Shown one piece after another: positions 11,062 through 27,629 of a stretch of DNA of 64,000 nt. Source of the DNA: Elsinoe ampelina (lineage: Eukaryota); NCBI GenBank assembly GCA_010093995.1, contig ML992508.1:344506-408505 (forward strand), given 5' to 3'. Both the position numbers and the translations under genes were made by a program. The first letter of the stretch is position 1; each line of letters starts with the position of its first letter. The notes under the pieces were generated by a model, which ran no database searches, was not told the origin of the DNA, and saw only the letters and a program-made list of their open reading frames with translations.

Positions 11062-11830
11062 ATGGTAAGCAGCAGTGAGAATCATGGGTCGTGAACCACG
11101 TACTGACCATCCTAGGGGAGTCCATTCTCGATAAGTACGACTTGCACATTACTCGATATCAGGCCCATCCTAACGTTCATGTAGATGGAGGTGCCGCTGT
11201 GGCCATGGTCGGCAAGGACTGTGTGGCCATCGCCTGCGATCTGCGCTTGGGGATGCAAGCTCTCACAGTCTCCAACAACTTTCCCAAGATCTTCAACTAC
11301 GGCGATGTCTATCTCGGTCTCACAGGTCTAGCGACGGATGTTTCAACAGTGGCGGAGCTCATGCGATACAAGGTCAACATGTACAGACTGCGGGAAGAGA
11401 GGAACATATCACCACAGACAATGGCCAACTTGGTGTCGAGTAGTTTATACGAGAAGAGATTCGGGCCGTGGTTCGTCTCGCCAGTCATAGCTGGCATCAA
11501 CCACACGACAGGCAAACCTTTCATCTGCGGTTTCGACAGCATCGGATGTATCGACTTTGCGAAGGACTTTATCGTCAGCGGCACAGCGAGTGATCAGCTG
11601 TTCGGTACATGCGAAGGTCTATGGGAGCCTGATCTTGTAGGTGAACGGCGGGATTGGACACAAGCGGAGAGCTAACAGCATGACAGGGGCCGGACGAGCT
11701 GTTTGAGACCATCTCCCAGGCACTACTCAACGCCGTAGATCGAGATGCGCTCTCGGGTTGGGGCGCGCACGTCTACATCATCGAGAAGGACAAGGTGACG
11801 AAGAGATTATTGAAGGGCAGGCAGGATTAG
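11062..11830 (+). CDS. PUP3: 20S proteasome subunit beta-3
   Basis: Exons are ATG (11062-64), 11116-11134, 11185-~11636 and ~11687-11830. They give [30 protein letters not shown]...[12 protein letters not shown]...[47 protein letters not shown]. Confidence 0.96.
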
Positions 11831-13924
11831 GCGATGAGCAAGAGCACCGAGCAAAGAGTGGCTGATTGCATGGCGTGGCAGGAGGCGCATGAGGATGCGA
11901 TGCGTGAGGAGCGGTCAGGACCTACCATACTGGTCTTGACGAAGGCGGAGCACTCCGGAATGGCTCTTCCCGCATGTGCGATGAGCGCGAGGGGCGATCT
12001 TGTACAACAGCTCCGGAGATAGGAGTGCCACCACCACGAACATTAGCAAATCCAGCATGACACATCCTCTCCAACTCTTGCCCGTCCTTGCTTGCCACAA
12101 TGACCGGTGTTCCGATTGTCCCGATGCGCTCGTCCATTGAGATCCAGGTCGGTCCGATGTCTGCGGTGAAGCCGAGAAGAAGCACTCGCATGAATGGCAA
12201 GGATGAACAGTCGATATCGAACAGCAAAGGCCTGGTCTGCGCAACCGGTCAAGGGTGCCACTGAAATTAAGGCAAAAAGACAAAAATGCAGAGATGCGGT
12301 GAAGTTTGACTCGTGAACGACGTCAATTTTGGGGAGCAACCGGTCAAGAATCCTTGTAGTATCAACGTCGTCCCGTGGTCTGTCACAGTATGCTCAAGCA
12401 ATGCGAGGCGTGAATTAAGGCAAAGGACTGTCTAGTCCTGTCGATATAGAAGAAAAAAGATCAGCTCCAAGGCCAGGGGGAGAGGCTAACAATATAAGGT
12501 CTTCGGGGTGGGCGAAGGGCGATGGCTGCCAGAGGCTGTGCTCGTCGTCCTAGCCCTCTTAGCCACAGTTTAGTCGCTCAGCGTAGCCGCGATGAGAGCG
12601 CTCAATCCACTCGACGCGCTCAAGACGGCGTCAGGATATCAGGCAAGCACGGGGTAGACGAGCTGTCCATGAATCCGAGTCGTCGACGCGGATGTGCGGC
12701 TGAAAGAGGGGAAGAATCGATAGCCTCTAGCAGCTGAAGACTAGGAAAAACTTAGCCTATGGTCTTGTCCTTGGAACGAATCGGAGGCTGATAATGGCCA
12801 TGATTACGTCCCCATTGGATGCAATATTCAATATCCCCTGCAAACGCCATGCAGTGTGACGACCTCTCCAAGGACTCATCCGCCTCTGGTTTACCGCGCT
12901 GAATGCAAGGTCCGTTGTCATGCATACAAGTTCAATCAAGTGACATGACGAGCAGAGAGGAGAACGACCCTGGGAATGACTGTGGCTTTCTGAGGGGAGG
13001 ATCAGGGGGGCCCTCCATGGCGCAATTCTCCGCTGTCACACCTTTCCGTCCATGCCAAACTCATACGCCCCAAACGAGCCTTGCTCATCGCCATGAGCGT
13101 GATCCAATTCAAACATCAGCTACCAATGGATATTTTGGACTGTGCCAGCTCATTAGCCACAAGACCTCTGCTGAGGAGTCAGGAATAGTGAGCAATGTTC
13201 GAGGTGTACAGAGTAGGAGGGACAAGACCAATGATTCCACTAATGCACGTCAAGATACGGTACCGATTCATCAACTAGGCGCATCTTAGCCACAGATCAT
13301 CCTCGCACTTCACCGCTCAATCCGTCACGGCGGCCCAAATGGCGACCTACTTCCAATGAGTGGGAGACTACTGCATGCCTTGTTCACATGAAAGATCAAC
13401 CTCTCCAGAATGGTGCTTTCGCGTCCTATCATTTTTACCTTCATATCCTCATTCCCCAATATGCACATCCTCGACCCTTCCTCGTGTGTCTGCATCCACG
13501 ACACCGCATGGTCTCTCTCGGTATCACTGTCATATCCCAAAGCTTAGCTGACCCTCTACAGCCGATCCACTGGCTGTGGATGTTTCATTTTGACCTCCGC
13601 TCGACATCAGTGCTCATGTCAAGATGCGGCTCTGATCACTCGGCTATGACTTTGATCTGGTTTTGCTTGTCGTCAGTTGCGGCACAGTGTCTGCAGCTGC
13701 AGGGTGTGTCAACCATGGTTTGTATACTTATATGCATTGCTATCCTGTAGGTGCATACTTGCCACCAATTTGACCGGAACACGCATCCTTTACCATCTCG
13801 TTGTAGCTCACCTCCCAAGCACTGATCAATAGACACTCTACCGGAAGCACTATTACAGGTACTCATCATCTCGATCATAGTATCTTCTTGGCAAGCCTAC
13901 ACACTCCTGCCGTTAGTGGCAATC

Positions 13925-15504
13925 ATGGCCACACCTAGTAGACGTCGCTCTTCTGCTCGGAGGACTCGTGGCAGGCAAGCCCAGGATACTGCTCGTCAGG
14001 AACCAGGGACCTCTACACAACCACTTCGCCGTTCAAATCGACCAACAGCTCGACCATCTTCATACCGACGTGCTGGTGGAGACTCTTCAGACTCCGATGA
14101 CGATGACGATGCTGCTGCTGCTACTGACATACAGATAAATCCACCACAGAGACAAGTCGAGTCACGTTCTGGCAGCACAAGGTTGTTTGCTTCAATACAT
14201 CGACTGCCAGTGAACTCATTACTGACCTTCTCAGTGATGTATCTCCAATCGAAGAGTCTCTGATCAATCCTCCTGGTCGACTACAGTATGACTACTCCAG
14301 CTATAGAGCCATTGATCGTGATCGAATCAGGAAAGCGCGCTCGTCGACGCACGCACCGACCTTCTCTATCCCTCGCTATACCGAGATACAGGATCGAGAC
14401 GGAAAGCTTCAATTCTGTTTTCACTCGAGCAGTCATGAGAAGATCATTCTCCTGCCAGATCGTGGACCAAACAACACCGAGCGTTTACTTTCCTGCACAT
14501 GCAATAGAGGCGTCAGAGCCTCACGCACCGGCCTCATGCCTTCAACACAGCTATGCGAGCACATCTGGCATTTTCAAGAACAAATCGTAGCGTACCACCA
14601 CCCACAGACCTCGCAGCCCATCAAATTCGACGCTACCGAGGCAACCGTCGAGTTTGACGACTCTGCTGGGCCTCAATCTCTTTACGACCTCTTCCAACAA
14701 GCCCGCAACGGCACCCTCGGCAACTGGAAACTCAGTCCCGTGCCGTACAGCCCTGAAGATGAAGAGACCTACCAACGCGCAAGCCTACAGGTCCTCTGCG
14801 TCGCACTGAGCGAGGACCTTCTCCCGTCGGAGCTTCTATCCCCCGACTCGCCACAGCCATGGACCAAGTGAGTCCCCAACTCTCATTTCTTCCCTCCTCC
14901 CCCCCTTCCCTTCCCCTTCCCCTCCCCCGCACATCCCATTCCATAGCGGCCCTGACTCACCTGACATCCCCACAGAGACCTAGCCCACCTCCTCCTCTCC
15001 CGCGCCACAACCGACAGCACAATCCACCACCAACTCTCCCTCCTCCTCCCGCCCCAAGCCATCCAAACCTCCATCCTCTCCCGCCTCTCCGCCCGCCACC
15101 GCCGCATAATGACAGACTGCCTCTCCCTCTCCCCCCAAACCCCGCAAACCATGACCCCCATCGCCGCCCGCCTCCGCACCCTCGCATCCCAGATCGCCTC
15201 CCACGACGCCGCGTACCGCCACACCCCTGCGCTGCTGCAGGAGACGCGCGCCGAAATGGCCCGCGTGTTGCTCAGGATCATACACTCGACGATGGAAGTG
15301 AGGGCGCTCTTCGACGTCACGGTGGGCGCGCCGTTCGCCGCAGGGGGACTGTTTGGCGTCGAGGAGCTGAGGGGGTTCAGGGATGTGATCAGCGAGAGTA
15401 CGTTGGGGCAGATTGGGGAGATGGCGGCGGCGTTGAGTGGGATGGGGGCGGGGGTGGTGTATATCCGGGCGCTGAGGGGGGCGGTTACGGGGGAGGAAGA
15501 GTGA
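13925..15504 (+). CDS. Hypothetical protein with a SWIM-type zinc finger, 3 exons
   Basis: Introns at ~14182-14234 and ~14868-14975 join frames into MATPSRRRSS...GKLQFCFHSSSHEKIILLP...LLSCTCNRG...QLCEHIWHFQEQI...; CxC-x(n)-CxH is the SWIM pattern. Confidence 0.65.
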
Positions 15505-16089
15505 GGGGTGGGGAAGGAGGTGGAGAGTGGAGGGGGGGGCGAGAGGGTGAGGGGAGGAGGACGGCAGGGGGCAATGGGATGATGGCTGAGCTGGTCTTGG
15601 ACCATCGAGCTTTCTTTAGAAGGAGAGGGATAAGCATAGCAGGAGGATATCTGGTCTGATTTTATAGCCCCCCATCGCTCTTTTTACCTCGGCGAGCAGG
15701 TCTTGCCTGAAGATTATAGACAACGCATTACGCCTTTTCGCACAGATTGACGTTGATCCGTTCTTGCCTCCCTCTAGTCGATTTGTCGTCTCGTGTACTG
15801 CAGTCCTTCAACAAACCTCAAGTCAAGTACCACTGCTCTACGGTCATCCGTTGTTGGCCGATCCAATCAGGATTTCTTGTACAACAAAAGATGATTCTGA
15901 AAGTGCATTACAATTTTATCTTGTTCCCTCTAGTACATATCCTCATCCATGTCTTTTACCATTGCCATATCATTTCCTTCTCCCAACAACAAAAAACAAG
16001 TGTGACCCCTGTCATAGAAAAATCCAGTCCCGCCGGATTATCCACGCCGGCCCCCTCCTTTGTCTCCACCTATCATGCTCTTTCTGCGT

Positions 16090-18417
<2,328 letters not shown>

Positions 18418-19495
18418 GATGAGCTAGATTGAGCGAGTAGAGTGGTAAAAGGACAAGGAAGAAAAAATGATGGCCGACGAAAGAAGGCTGATGGAGACGG
18501 GAGACGTCTTCAAAGGTGTGGATGAGAAATCGTTCAGGGTATCGTTTCGTTGAATCAATGAGCGGGCGTAGCAATTGCGAGGGCGCGAGGGCAGATGAGA
18601 TGCCTGATTATGAAGTGGAAGCAGCAGAAGGATGTTGAGCAGTGAATGGTATGGTTGTGAGAGACAAGACGAGGGCGTTTATGGGTCCTTTTGAGGTTTC
18701 TGATGTTCCTTTTGCTCTTCGTGTCCAGGTAAACCAAAAGAACCAGGGAACGAGCTCTCACAAGATGCACGGACCGCGTGGGGGACAGTTCCCCTTTTTT
18801 TTGGGTCGTCATATTCTCCGTTTTGGGCTTCTTTTTCGGGACAAAACAGCTGCTGTAGAAACAGAAGAAAAGGCCGAGTCATGCGGCTATACTGACATGG
18901 TAGCCAGCTCACGCCTTCCAGTCTGCATTTACTGTCCATAGCTCTGTATACTATATTCAATCTACCCTCTCCTCGAGGTCTGAACCAAACATTCCCCGAA
19001 TCAGGCCTCACAGGGCGTGTGGCTGCTAGCCGCCCCGGTAGTCAGGGACGAACTGATGCTACTGTAGACGAGAGGCGCAGCACATGTCACCATGGTCCGT
19101 CCATGGCCTGTCCTTTCTCAACGGAGAGCAATTTTTGGTCTTCTGACACGCTCCGGCAAAGATCTGAGACGGCTTGTGATTTTCTCATGCTACGTCGGCG
19201 GCTGGCGCACACAAAAATAGCCCTTGAAGAATACGAATAACCTCCGGTGACGCAGCGCTTGTCTACAAGCCGCGGACCCTCTCGCACATCATTCGATCAC
19301 TCGCTCCGAATTTTTCTCAATAGCGCTGGCTCGGCCGGGTAGATCTATGCTGATCGTCCCGTGGTCTCATGCAGCCACTCTTCAGATGGATCTGCTGCGA
19401 GTGTCGTATTCGGTATTGCATGGACGCCGTTTGTCAATGGCATGGTCATAAGAAGCAGGTACAATATCTTGTCATCCACCATTCATCTGTACTAC

Positions 19496-20485
19496 CTAGC
19501 TCGGCTCTCCAGAAGGGCCGTCAAACATCTCGCCTGCGACAAGTGGAACACCCAGAATCGGTGTACCGTCTGCCTGAAACTCAATCTTCTTGACATTCGA
19601 GTACCTGTCGCCGCAAGAGCCTCCAGAGTTTGGAGTCGAATGATATGCCATCCACACCTCGGACCCGTCAGGCGATGTGAAGAAGCTGTTGTGTCCGGTA
19701 CCATAGTTACCATTGGCCTTGGAGAATTGAGGTTCAGACTTGGCCCACGAACTGCCCAGCAATGGATCACCGCCCTCATAGGTCAGCAGTGCTAGAGTGT
19801 AATCCGGTGTTCCGCAGTACGATGCAGAAAAGGCAAGGAATGTCCGGCCATTGCGATAGATGGCAAACGGCCCTTCGTTGACAGGAAAAGGTCCGATCCG
19901 CTCCCAATCTCTAGTCGGCGACGACAGAAGATACTCTGGCCCCATGTCGATGGGCGAGGACAGCTCACCGATACATAGCGACTGAAGTCTCTCGCCGGTA
20001 TCGTTGCGGAAGCACGAGTAGACAAAGTAGTCTTTGCCGTCGATGCTCAATGGCGTGCCGTCAATTGACCAGTCTGGAGTGTTGATGGTACCGAAGAAGC
20101 GAAAGTCGTCCCATGGGCTCGATCCTCCGATCAAGACTTGCGACTGCTGGATATCTGTCGAAGCACATCCGCCTGCCGAGAAATAGACGTACCATGTTCC
20201 GCCGAGATTGTGGATCTCGGGCGCCCAGACATTGCATTGTCTCTGAGGACTATCCGGTGACCAGATGACCTTGTTCTCTCCAGTCTTGAGCCCCTCTATA
20301 GTTGTGGCCCTTCGGAGGCGGACGTTGGACCAGGTCGTCGAGGTCATGTAGTAATAGCCATCATGCCACACGATGCTTGGATCGCCCCCATTCCTGGGCT
20401 CGACGGGATTGGAGTAAGTAGCAGCCAACACGGCAGTGATGCCTGTCAGCAAGACCACTGGACTTTTGAAGATGCTAGCGAACAT
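19496..20485 (-). CDS. Secreted glycoside hydrolase family 43 (alpha-L-arabinofuranosidase-like)
   Basis: Signal peptide, then YSNPV..GDPSIVWHDGYYY, VWAPEIH, WSIDG, VNEGP, FSASYC and YGTGHNSFFTSPDG (five-bladed beta-propeller GH43 motifs). Confidence 0.9.
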   Translation of the reverse strand: MFASIFKSPVVLLTGITAVLAATYSNPVEPRNGGDPSIVWHDGYYYMTSTTWSNVRLRRATTIEGLKTGENKVIWSPDSPQRQCNVWAPEIHNLGGTWYVYFSAGGCASTDIQQSQVLIGGSSPWDDFRFFGTINTPDWSIDGTPLSIDGKDYFVYSCFRNDTGERLQSLCIGELSSPIDMGPEYLLSSPTRDWERIGPFPVNEGPFAIYRNGRTFLAFSASYCGTPDYTLALLTYEGGDPLLGSSWAKSEPQFSKANGNYGTGHNSFFTSPDGSEVWMAYHSTPNSGGSCGDRYSNVKKIEFQADGTPILGVPLVAGEMFDGPSGEPS

Positions 20486-20547
20486 GATTGCTATGAGAAC
20501 GAGGAGTGTTATGAAAAGGCTTTGAGTGACGAGGACATCTTACTTGC

Positions 20548-20553
20548 TTTATA
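20548..20553 (-). promoter_or_regulatory. Putative TATA box of the left GH43 gene
   Basis: TATAAA on the minus strand ~63 nt upstream of the ATG. Confidence 0.4.
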
Positions 20554-20922
20554 GACGAGCTTGAGCATCGTCCACCTACTATCGGTGGTATCGTGTCCAT
20601 TCCTACCACTCTTGTGCCCGAAACTTTAGACTTGGAGTACGTCCTTTACGACGAGGTTGGAAAGTAAGATGTGGTCAGGATCTTGTCCTCCCAGCCAAGA
20701 ACATAGTCACCTTGGAAGCTCCGGTGGGTGAGGGGCGCGCTTGATGCCCGCTTCGAGCGTGGCACCACCGCGAATGGCTGCCGCAGTGCTGACGGGAATG
20801 CGATTGTCTGTCGATCCGATGCATTTACGTTAGTAGCGCGGTAGGTCAATCCCCAGCCGATGACCTGACCAAGAAGCATTTCGCTTGATTCTGTGAAGAG
20901 AGGAGATCAAGCTCCGACATGT

Positions 20923-21064
20923 TGTTGTAACTAGCAAATCGGATCGAGAGACGTGTGTTTCATTCAGAGAGTTACAATAACCGATTTATCTACTGTGCGT
21001 GCGCTGACTTATCAGTACCAGTTCTTTAGTACCAGAGAAGCTATACTAGCCTTCTATTACAACA
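20923..21064 (-). repeat. 3' LTR of copia element 1 (weakly RIPed)
   Basis: Aligns over 142 bp with 27630-27771. Confidence 0.92.
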
Positions 21065-21801
21065 CTCCCCCTCTAGTATAGATTACTAAAGCTAGAGAAC
21101 TGTCCTGTTATATGTAAGTGAAGTAATTAGCTTATTACTTTATCTCTTTATAATTGCTTATAATTGTTAGTGTTAGCCAATTATTAGTAAGAATTCACTA
21201 TTAGTTTAGCTTATAATTGCTAGCAACAATAGTAACTATTAACAATAGCTAGGCAGCTATTGTTTATATAAATAGACTGGCTTATAAGTCTTAATTAAAG
21301 AGATATAAGTATCTAACTAGCCTCTTTATGATTTCTCTTTCCTTTATTATACTTATAGTAGTAGCCTTTTCTTTTACATAACACTTTTACCTTCTTACTA
21401 TGCTATATTAATAACACTTACAATATAAGTGCTATAGTGTAGTAACAGCTAGGCATTAGCAGTATTGCTACTAGTGCTAGTGCTCTAAGTAGTCTACTAG
21501 GTGGCGGAGGTAGTAGTAAGAAGAGAAATCCTCTATTAAGGTTGCCTAGTACTTCTAATATTAATTACAATACTACTATAAGACTAATTACTTGTCTTAA
21601 TACTCTTAGTAAGTAGCTATAAAGCATTAATAGCATAAGCTAACATTAATAGCCTAATTAACTTAGACTTTGACTTAATAGTTAGCCGATATAATCTAGA
21701 ATACTCTCCTTAGGCTTAGGATGATTAGTTATTATAACTATACTAACTTATATCCTATCTAGAGGTCTATAGTAGTCTAGGCCTTTAGTACCTGTAGTAT
21801 A

Positions 21802-22578
21802 NNNNNNNNNNNNNNNNNNNNNNNNNNNNNNNNNNNNNNNNNNNNNNNNNNNNNNNNNNNNNNNNNNNNNNNNNNNNNNNNNNNNNNNNNNNNNNNNNNN
21901 NNNNNNNNNNNNNNNNNNNNNNNNNNNNNNNNNNNNNNNNNNNNNNNNNNNNNNNNNNNNNNNNNNNNNNNNNNNNNNNNNNNNNNNNNNNNNNNNNNNN
22001 NNNNNNNNNNNNNNNNNNNNNNNNNNNNNNNNNNNNNNNNNNNNNNNNNNNNNNNNNNNNNNNNNNNNNNNNNNNNNNNNNNNNNNNNNNNNNNNNNNNN
22101 NNNNNNNNNNNNNNNNNNNNNNNNNNNNNNNNNNNNNNNNNNNNNNNNNNNNNNNNNNNNNNNNNNNNNNNNNNNNNNNNNNNNNNNNNNNNNNNNNNNN
22201 NNNNNNNNNNNNNNNNNNNNNNNNNNNNNNNNNNNNNNNNNNNNNNNNNNNNNNNNNNNNNNNNNNNNNNNNNNNNNNNNNNNNNNNNNNNNNNNNNNNN
22301 NNNNNNNNNNNNNNNNNNNNNNNNNNNNNNNNNNNNNNNNNNNNNNNNNNNNNNNNNNNNNNNNNNNNNNNNNNNNNNNNNNNNNNNNNNNNNNNNNNNN
22401 NNNNNNNNNNNNNNNNNNNNNNNNNNNNNNNNNNNNNNNNNNNNNNNNNNNNNNNNNNNNNNNNNNNNNNNNNNNNNNNNNNNNNNNNNNNNNNNNNNNN
22501 NNNNNNNNNNNNNNNNNNNNNNNNNNNNNNNNNNNNNNNNNNNNNNNNNNNNNNNNNNNNNNNNNNNNNNNNNNNNNN
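21802..22578. other. Assembly gap (777 N)
   Basis: Run of N inside copia element 1. Confidence 1.
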
Positions 22579-25500
22579 AGGGGTTCTCCTTCTATAAAGA
22601 AGTAATTAGAGGTAAGGGATAGGTAGGGGTTATTAAAGGTAATAATAGTACTAAGTAGTAGATATAGCTTAGGCATAAGTAGCTAGTAATAGAGTTATAA
22701 TAGCTTTTTCTTTCTCTCTTCTTAATAATAAAATAATTTGCTTTAAGCTTTAGACAAATAAGATAGCTTAATAAGTAGTAGTAGCATAAATAACATACTT
22801 AAAATAACAATACATATAAAATCTAAATAAGTATATAGTATAGATATACACTAAGTAATTAGCCTTTGCTAATTAATTAAGGATCTTATTAGGAGACTTA
22901 GGCTTTATAAGTACATTAGCTAATTACTAAGTTATATTAATATACTTAAGCTTAATTACTCTAAGTTTATACTACTCTCTATAGTAATAATTCCTTAAAT
23001 TAATATACTTAGATCTCCTTAAATTAGTATAATCTCTTATAAGTTTAATAGCTAACTTGTTATTAACAAAGACTATAGTTAGGCTAAGGTAAATATTAGT
23101 AAGTAGCCTAAGTTTAATAATAAGATTTCTTAACTAATTAATCTCTCTATAGGTCTTAGTAAGGGCAAGGTATTTAGCCTTAGTACTTAATAATATAATA
23201 ATCTTCTATAGCCTTAACTTCTAAATAACTAGTACACTAAGCATGTAAATAATAGTGCTAGATATAGATCTTATAGTTAATCTATCTCTAGTAAAGTCTA
23301 AGTTAGAGTAGGCCTTAATTGTGTTAACTAATAGTCTATTAGTCTTCTTAAAGGTAAGGCCCTTTATAATAGTCCTATTAATATACCTCTAGATCTACTT
23401 AGCTATAACTACATAAGCTATAGTTAGATTCTAAAGGAACCTAGCTAGGTAATTAGTAGTATAGCTAATATTAGGCCTTATGTTGTTAGCTAGATATTGT
23501 AATTTACTAATAATCCTATTAAATGTCTTATAGTACTAAGCATTAACTTAGCTATTAGTTAGTTTATAGAGTTAATTAATAGAATACTTTATAGTTCTTG
23601 CTTAGTAAAGATTATAACCTTTAAGCTTCTCCTTTAAGTAGTATAATTGCTTAATCTTAATTAAGTCCTTAGTTCTATAAAGTTAAACACTAAGGAAGAG
23701 GTTTAAGTTTATAATCTTTATTAGAAACTTAAGATAAAGATCTTTAACTAGCTTATCTATATACTTCTACCTAGTAGTAATAATCCTAAAGTTATTAACA
23801 TACACAAGAACTATATAATACTTATTAATAAAGAGACAGGTATTACTATAGGATCTAATAAAACTAAGTAATAGAAGTGCCTTAACTATAGTGTTATACT
23901 AGAGGGTAGTAGCTTACTTAAGCCTATATAAGCCCTTTATAAGAACAATAAGCTTATCCTATTTACTAGGAATTAGTACGCCTTCTAGGTAGGAGATATA
24001 GTTCTTAATATTAATATCTAGTCTAAGGAATATAGTAACTACATCTACTGTTATAATAACCTAGTTATAATAAAGAGCATATACAAGAATTACTCTCCTA
24101 GTTTTAGCTCTTAGTATTAGTATAAAGGTTCTAACAAAGTTAATACCTACTCTTTAAGTAAAGCCCCTTATAGTCTAACGAGCCTTATATCTTTTAACTT
24201 TGCTATTAGTAAGCCTCTTAGTCTTAAAGACCTATTTACCTGTTATTAGCCTAACACCTCTTAGTGCCTAAGATTTCTTAATAATTAAAAAGGTTTTAGA
24301 GTTAGTTAGAGCCTTCTACTCTGCCTCTATTATAGCTTACTAGTAATAACCTTTAGGAGAGGATAGTATATCTCTTACTATTTGTAGGTCTAGCTTAAAA
24401 TTAACAGCTATAGATCTAATAATCTTACTATTGTTAAGTTTCTTATAATTAATCTAGCAATATGTTCTAAGGGACCTTCTAATAGTTTCTTATAGTAAGA
24501 GAGATCTCTTCCTTTTACTAGTTAGAGGTTATATATTAAATAGTGTAATAAGGAAGTTAACATCCTTATTCTATATATATATTAGTAGTTAATTAATATT
24601 AACTATAGGATTAAAGGTTAAATATAGTTCACTAATAACTTTAGGTAGTAGTATTATAAGGTCTTTACCTTTATAATTAGTAATATTAAGTTACTTCCTC
24701 TATTTATTAATAGGTTAAGGATCTAGTTTAGGATGTTAGTATTACTCCTTCTATTCTTTAATAGAGGTAGATAATTGTTATTTATATCTAAGGATAGAAG
24801 GGTAGTTAGATATTAGTTGTTTAACTTAAGGTTATTTAGCCTAAGTAGTTTATAGATTCTTATAACTAAAGGGTAGTTAGTTATAGCTATAGCCTTAATT
24901 ATAATTACTACTAAATGTCTACTCCCCCTAAAGCTATAAAGCCTTAGGTTATTATACCTATAGGATATATAGCTATTTAATGACTTATATTGCCTAGTCT
25001 TTATAGACTATATTCTTATTAAATGTTATATAGAGTAATATAATAATCTTTCCCTTCTAGGCTTACTAAGTATAATACTAATAGGGTATCTAGATAAGGT
25101 AATTAGTTGTTAAGTTGTTCTATATACTAACATGCTAACTAAGTAGTACTCTAGCTTAGAATTTGTATAATTTAGAAATATATTAGTTATAGATATAGGC
25201 TCTATAGCCGAAGCGTCTAATGTAAGTTAATAAGACTAGCCTATTATTATTAAGAAGATCCTTTCTAAGCTCTTATATAGGGATCTTCTTAGTTTTAGTA
25301 TAGGTAATTCTATTACTAATATAGATTATAAACTCTATAACTATATACTAGAGTTTAAGGGGTGCTCTATAATTAACAAAGATATACCTTGTTCTAAGAA
25401 TAACTACTTTGTTAGTAGCCTTAGATTTACTATTCTAGTATTAAGTATTAGGTGTAGAGATATCCTATCTCTACCCTTTAAGATAAATAGCTATTACTAG

Positions 25501-27629
25501 TTTATAGTTCCTAAATTTACCCCCTCTATTAGAGATAAAGATAAATAAAAGCTTGTTATAGGCTATTTTATTCCTTATATAGATAAGTTTAATTACTGCT
25601 AGTATATTACTCTTAAGAAAGAGAATAGTAATAAACTTATACTTACTTTTACTATATGTTATAAGGAGAAGGTATTTATAGCCCTTACTTAACTATAGTT
25701 TAATAGGACTAATAAGGTCTAGATAGAGCTTATCTAGTAAGTATTTTAGTATATCCCTTAGTTCCCTTAATACTACTCTCTATACCTTTAATATAGCATA
25801 TAGTTTATAGTAGCTAAGATCTAATATTTAAAGTTCTTCTAATCTAATAGCTTAACTTTTAGTAAGGGAGAGAATAGTATTACTAACATAGCCTAACCTC
25901 TAGTACTATCTTTCTAATATTAGCTTTTAAGTAGTTATAATAGCTAGATTTACTCTTATAGCCTATAGCTTCTATAGTTTTAGCCTTATAGGCAATTCCT
26001 TATAGTCCTAAGACTTATATACTTTAAAGTTCTTAAGCTATTTAACTCTTTTAAAGTGTTTAATAAGGCTAACTTCCTTTCTATCCTTTATTAAGGATTT
26101 GCTAACTATAGAGATACTAAGTTCCTCTTTATTCTAAAGATTAGATATAAGGGTGTTTAGTAATAATAGTAAGTATATACAATTATAAAGCTTAATAATT
26201 AACTTCTTGCCTTTACTATTAGTTAGGGTAAGCTTAACTATGCCTACTTCTACATTAAGTAGCTTCTTTGTGCTAATAGCTTATTTAAATTTAAAAACAC
26301 CTTTATGTACCTTAATTATTAAAAACTATAACCTGTCTTTAATAAAGTGCCTTAACGTACTAGAGTTATAGATTGCTCTATTCTTGCTATAGGTTAAGGA
26401 TAATAATATAGACACTACTACTACCCTATAGACTAGTATAATAATATTAACATTAGTGTTAGAGCGTTTATCTAATTTACCTACCTTAGTAGGTTCTCTA
26501 GATTCTTTAATAGCTGCTTAACCTCTAACTTTCTTAGTCTTTAACTTATTACCTTTACCTTTAGCCTTTGTGCCTTTATTATTTAACCTGTCTTTATTAT
26601 CCCTTTTACTCTAACTCTTTAGTACTTTCTTAGGGTACTACTTAAAGTAATCTACATTAGAGTAGACATAATAAGTACACTAAGTGCATTAATCCTTAAT
26701 ATAACTAGCTACTCTATAAATAGGGTTTAGATTAGTTCTTCTATTATATAAGGGCTTCTATATTCTAAGAGAGTCTATTATCTCTTTAAGACTCTTCTTA
26801 TAGTTAAGGCTAGATCTCTAGCTCCTTAACTATTTAGTAGTCTCTATTTCTATAATAAATATAGTCTTAATGTAGTATAGAGGGAGCCTGAACTTATCTA
26901 GTTTAGTACTAATAGTACTTACTCTTTGCTCTATAGTAATAGTGTATTAATAATAGTACTTTATAAAATCTTTATAGTACCTTTAGGTGTTATAACTTGT
27001 TATAATTACCTTATTAAGGTTATAGATAGCTATATATAGCTTATATAAAACAACAGGTTTAAATATAGCTTTAATAGTGTCTAGAAGTTCCTTTAAAGTC
27101 TTCTAAGTTATACTATAGTAAGGTCTAATAGATTTATAAATCCTTATTATAATAACACTATAAGCAATTCTGTCATTCTTATACTAGGTCTTATTCCTAA
27201 CCTTATAGATTGCCTTAGTGCCTTTACTAGTATCTAGGGCTAGTTCTTTAGGCTTTATAACTGCTAGCATCTAGTCGATGTTATAAATTATATATCTAAG
27301 TATATCCTTTTTAAGGAGGGCTACCTTAAGGGTTAATCTCTAAGTATTATAGTTGCTCTCTCTCTTAAGAATCTAAGTCTTAAGCATTTTTGCTAATCTA
27401 GACATAATAATAGTAATTAGCTAAAGGCCTGTTAATTTGATTAATATAATTAGCTTATTTAAGCCGTTTAAACCGTTTAATTAAAGAGTTAATACGGGCT
27501 ACTATAAGTGTTTATCTTAATGTAGCTAGTCTAGAATTTAGTGTAGGCGGCTTAGTAATCCTTTTAATAATAACACGCTTAATTTGCTATAGCTTTAAGT
27601 GCTTTTATAGAAGCGCCGGGCTTATAACC

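Noticed and set aside
11834..13900. Several short ORFs between PUP3 and the SWIM gene
   Set aside because: No motifs, codon bias or consistent splice structure recognisable; treated as intergenic, though a small gene cannot be excluded.
21777..22676. 299-aa ORF of X residues
   Set aside because: Artefact of the N gap.
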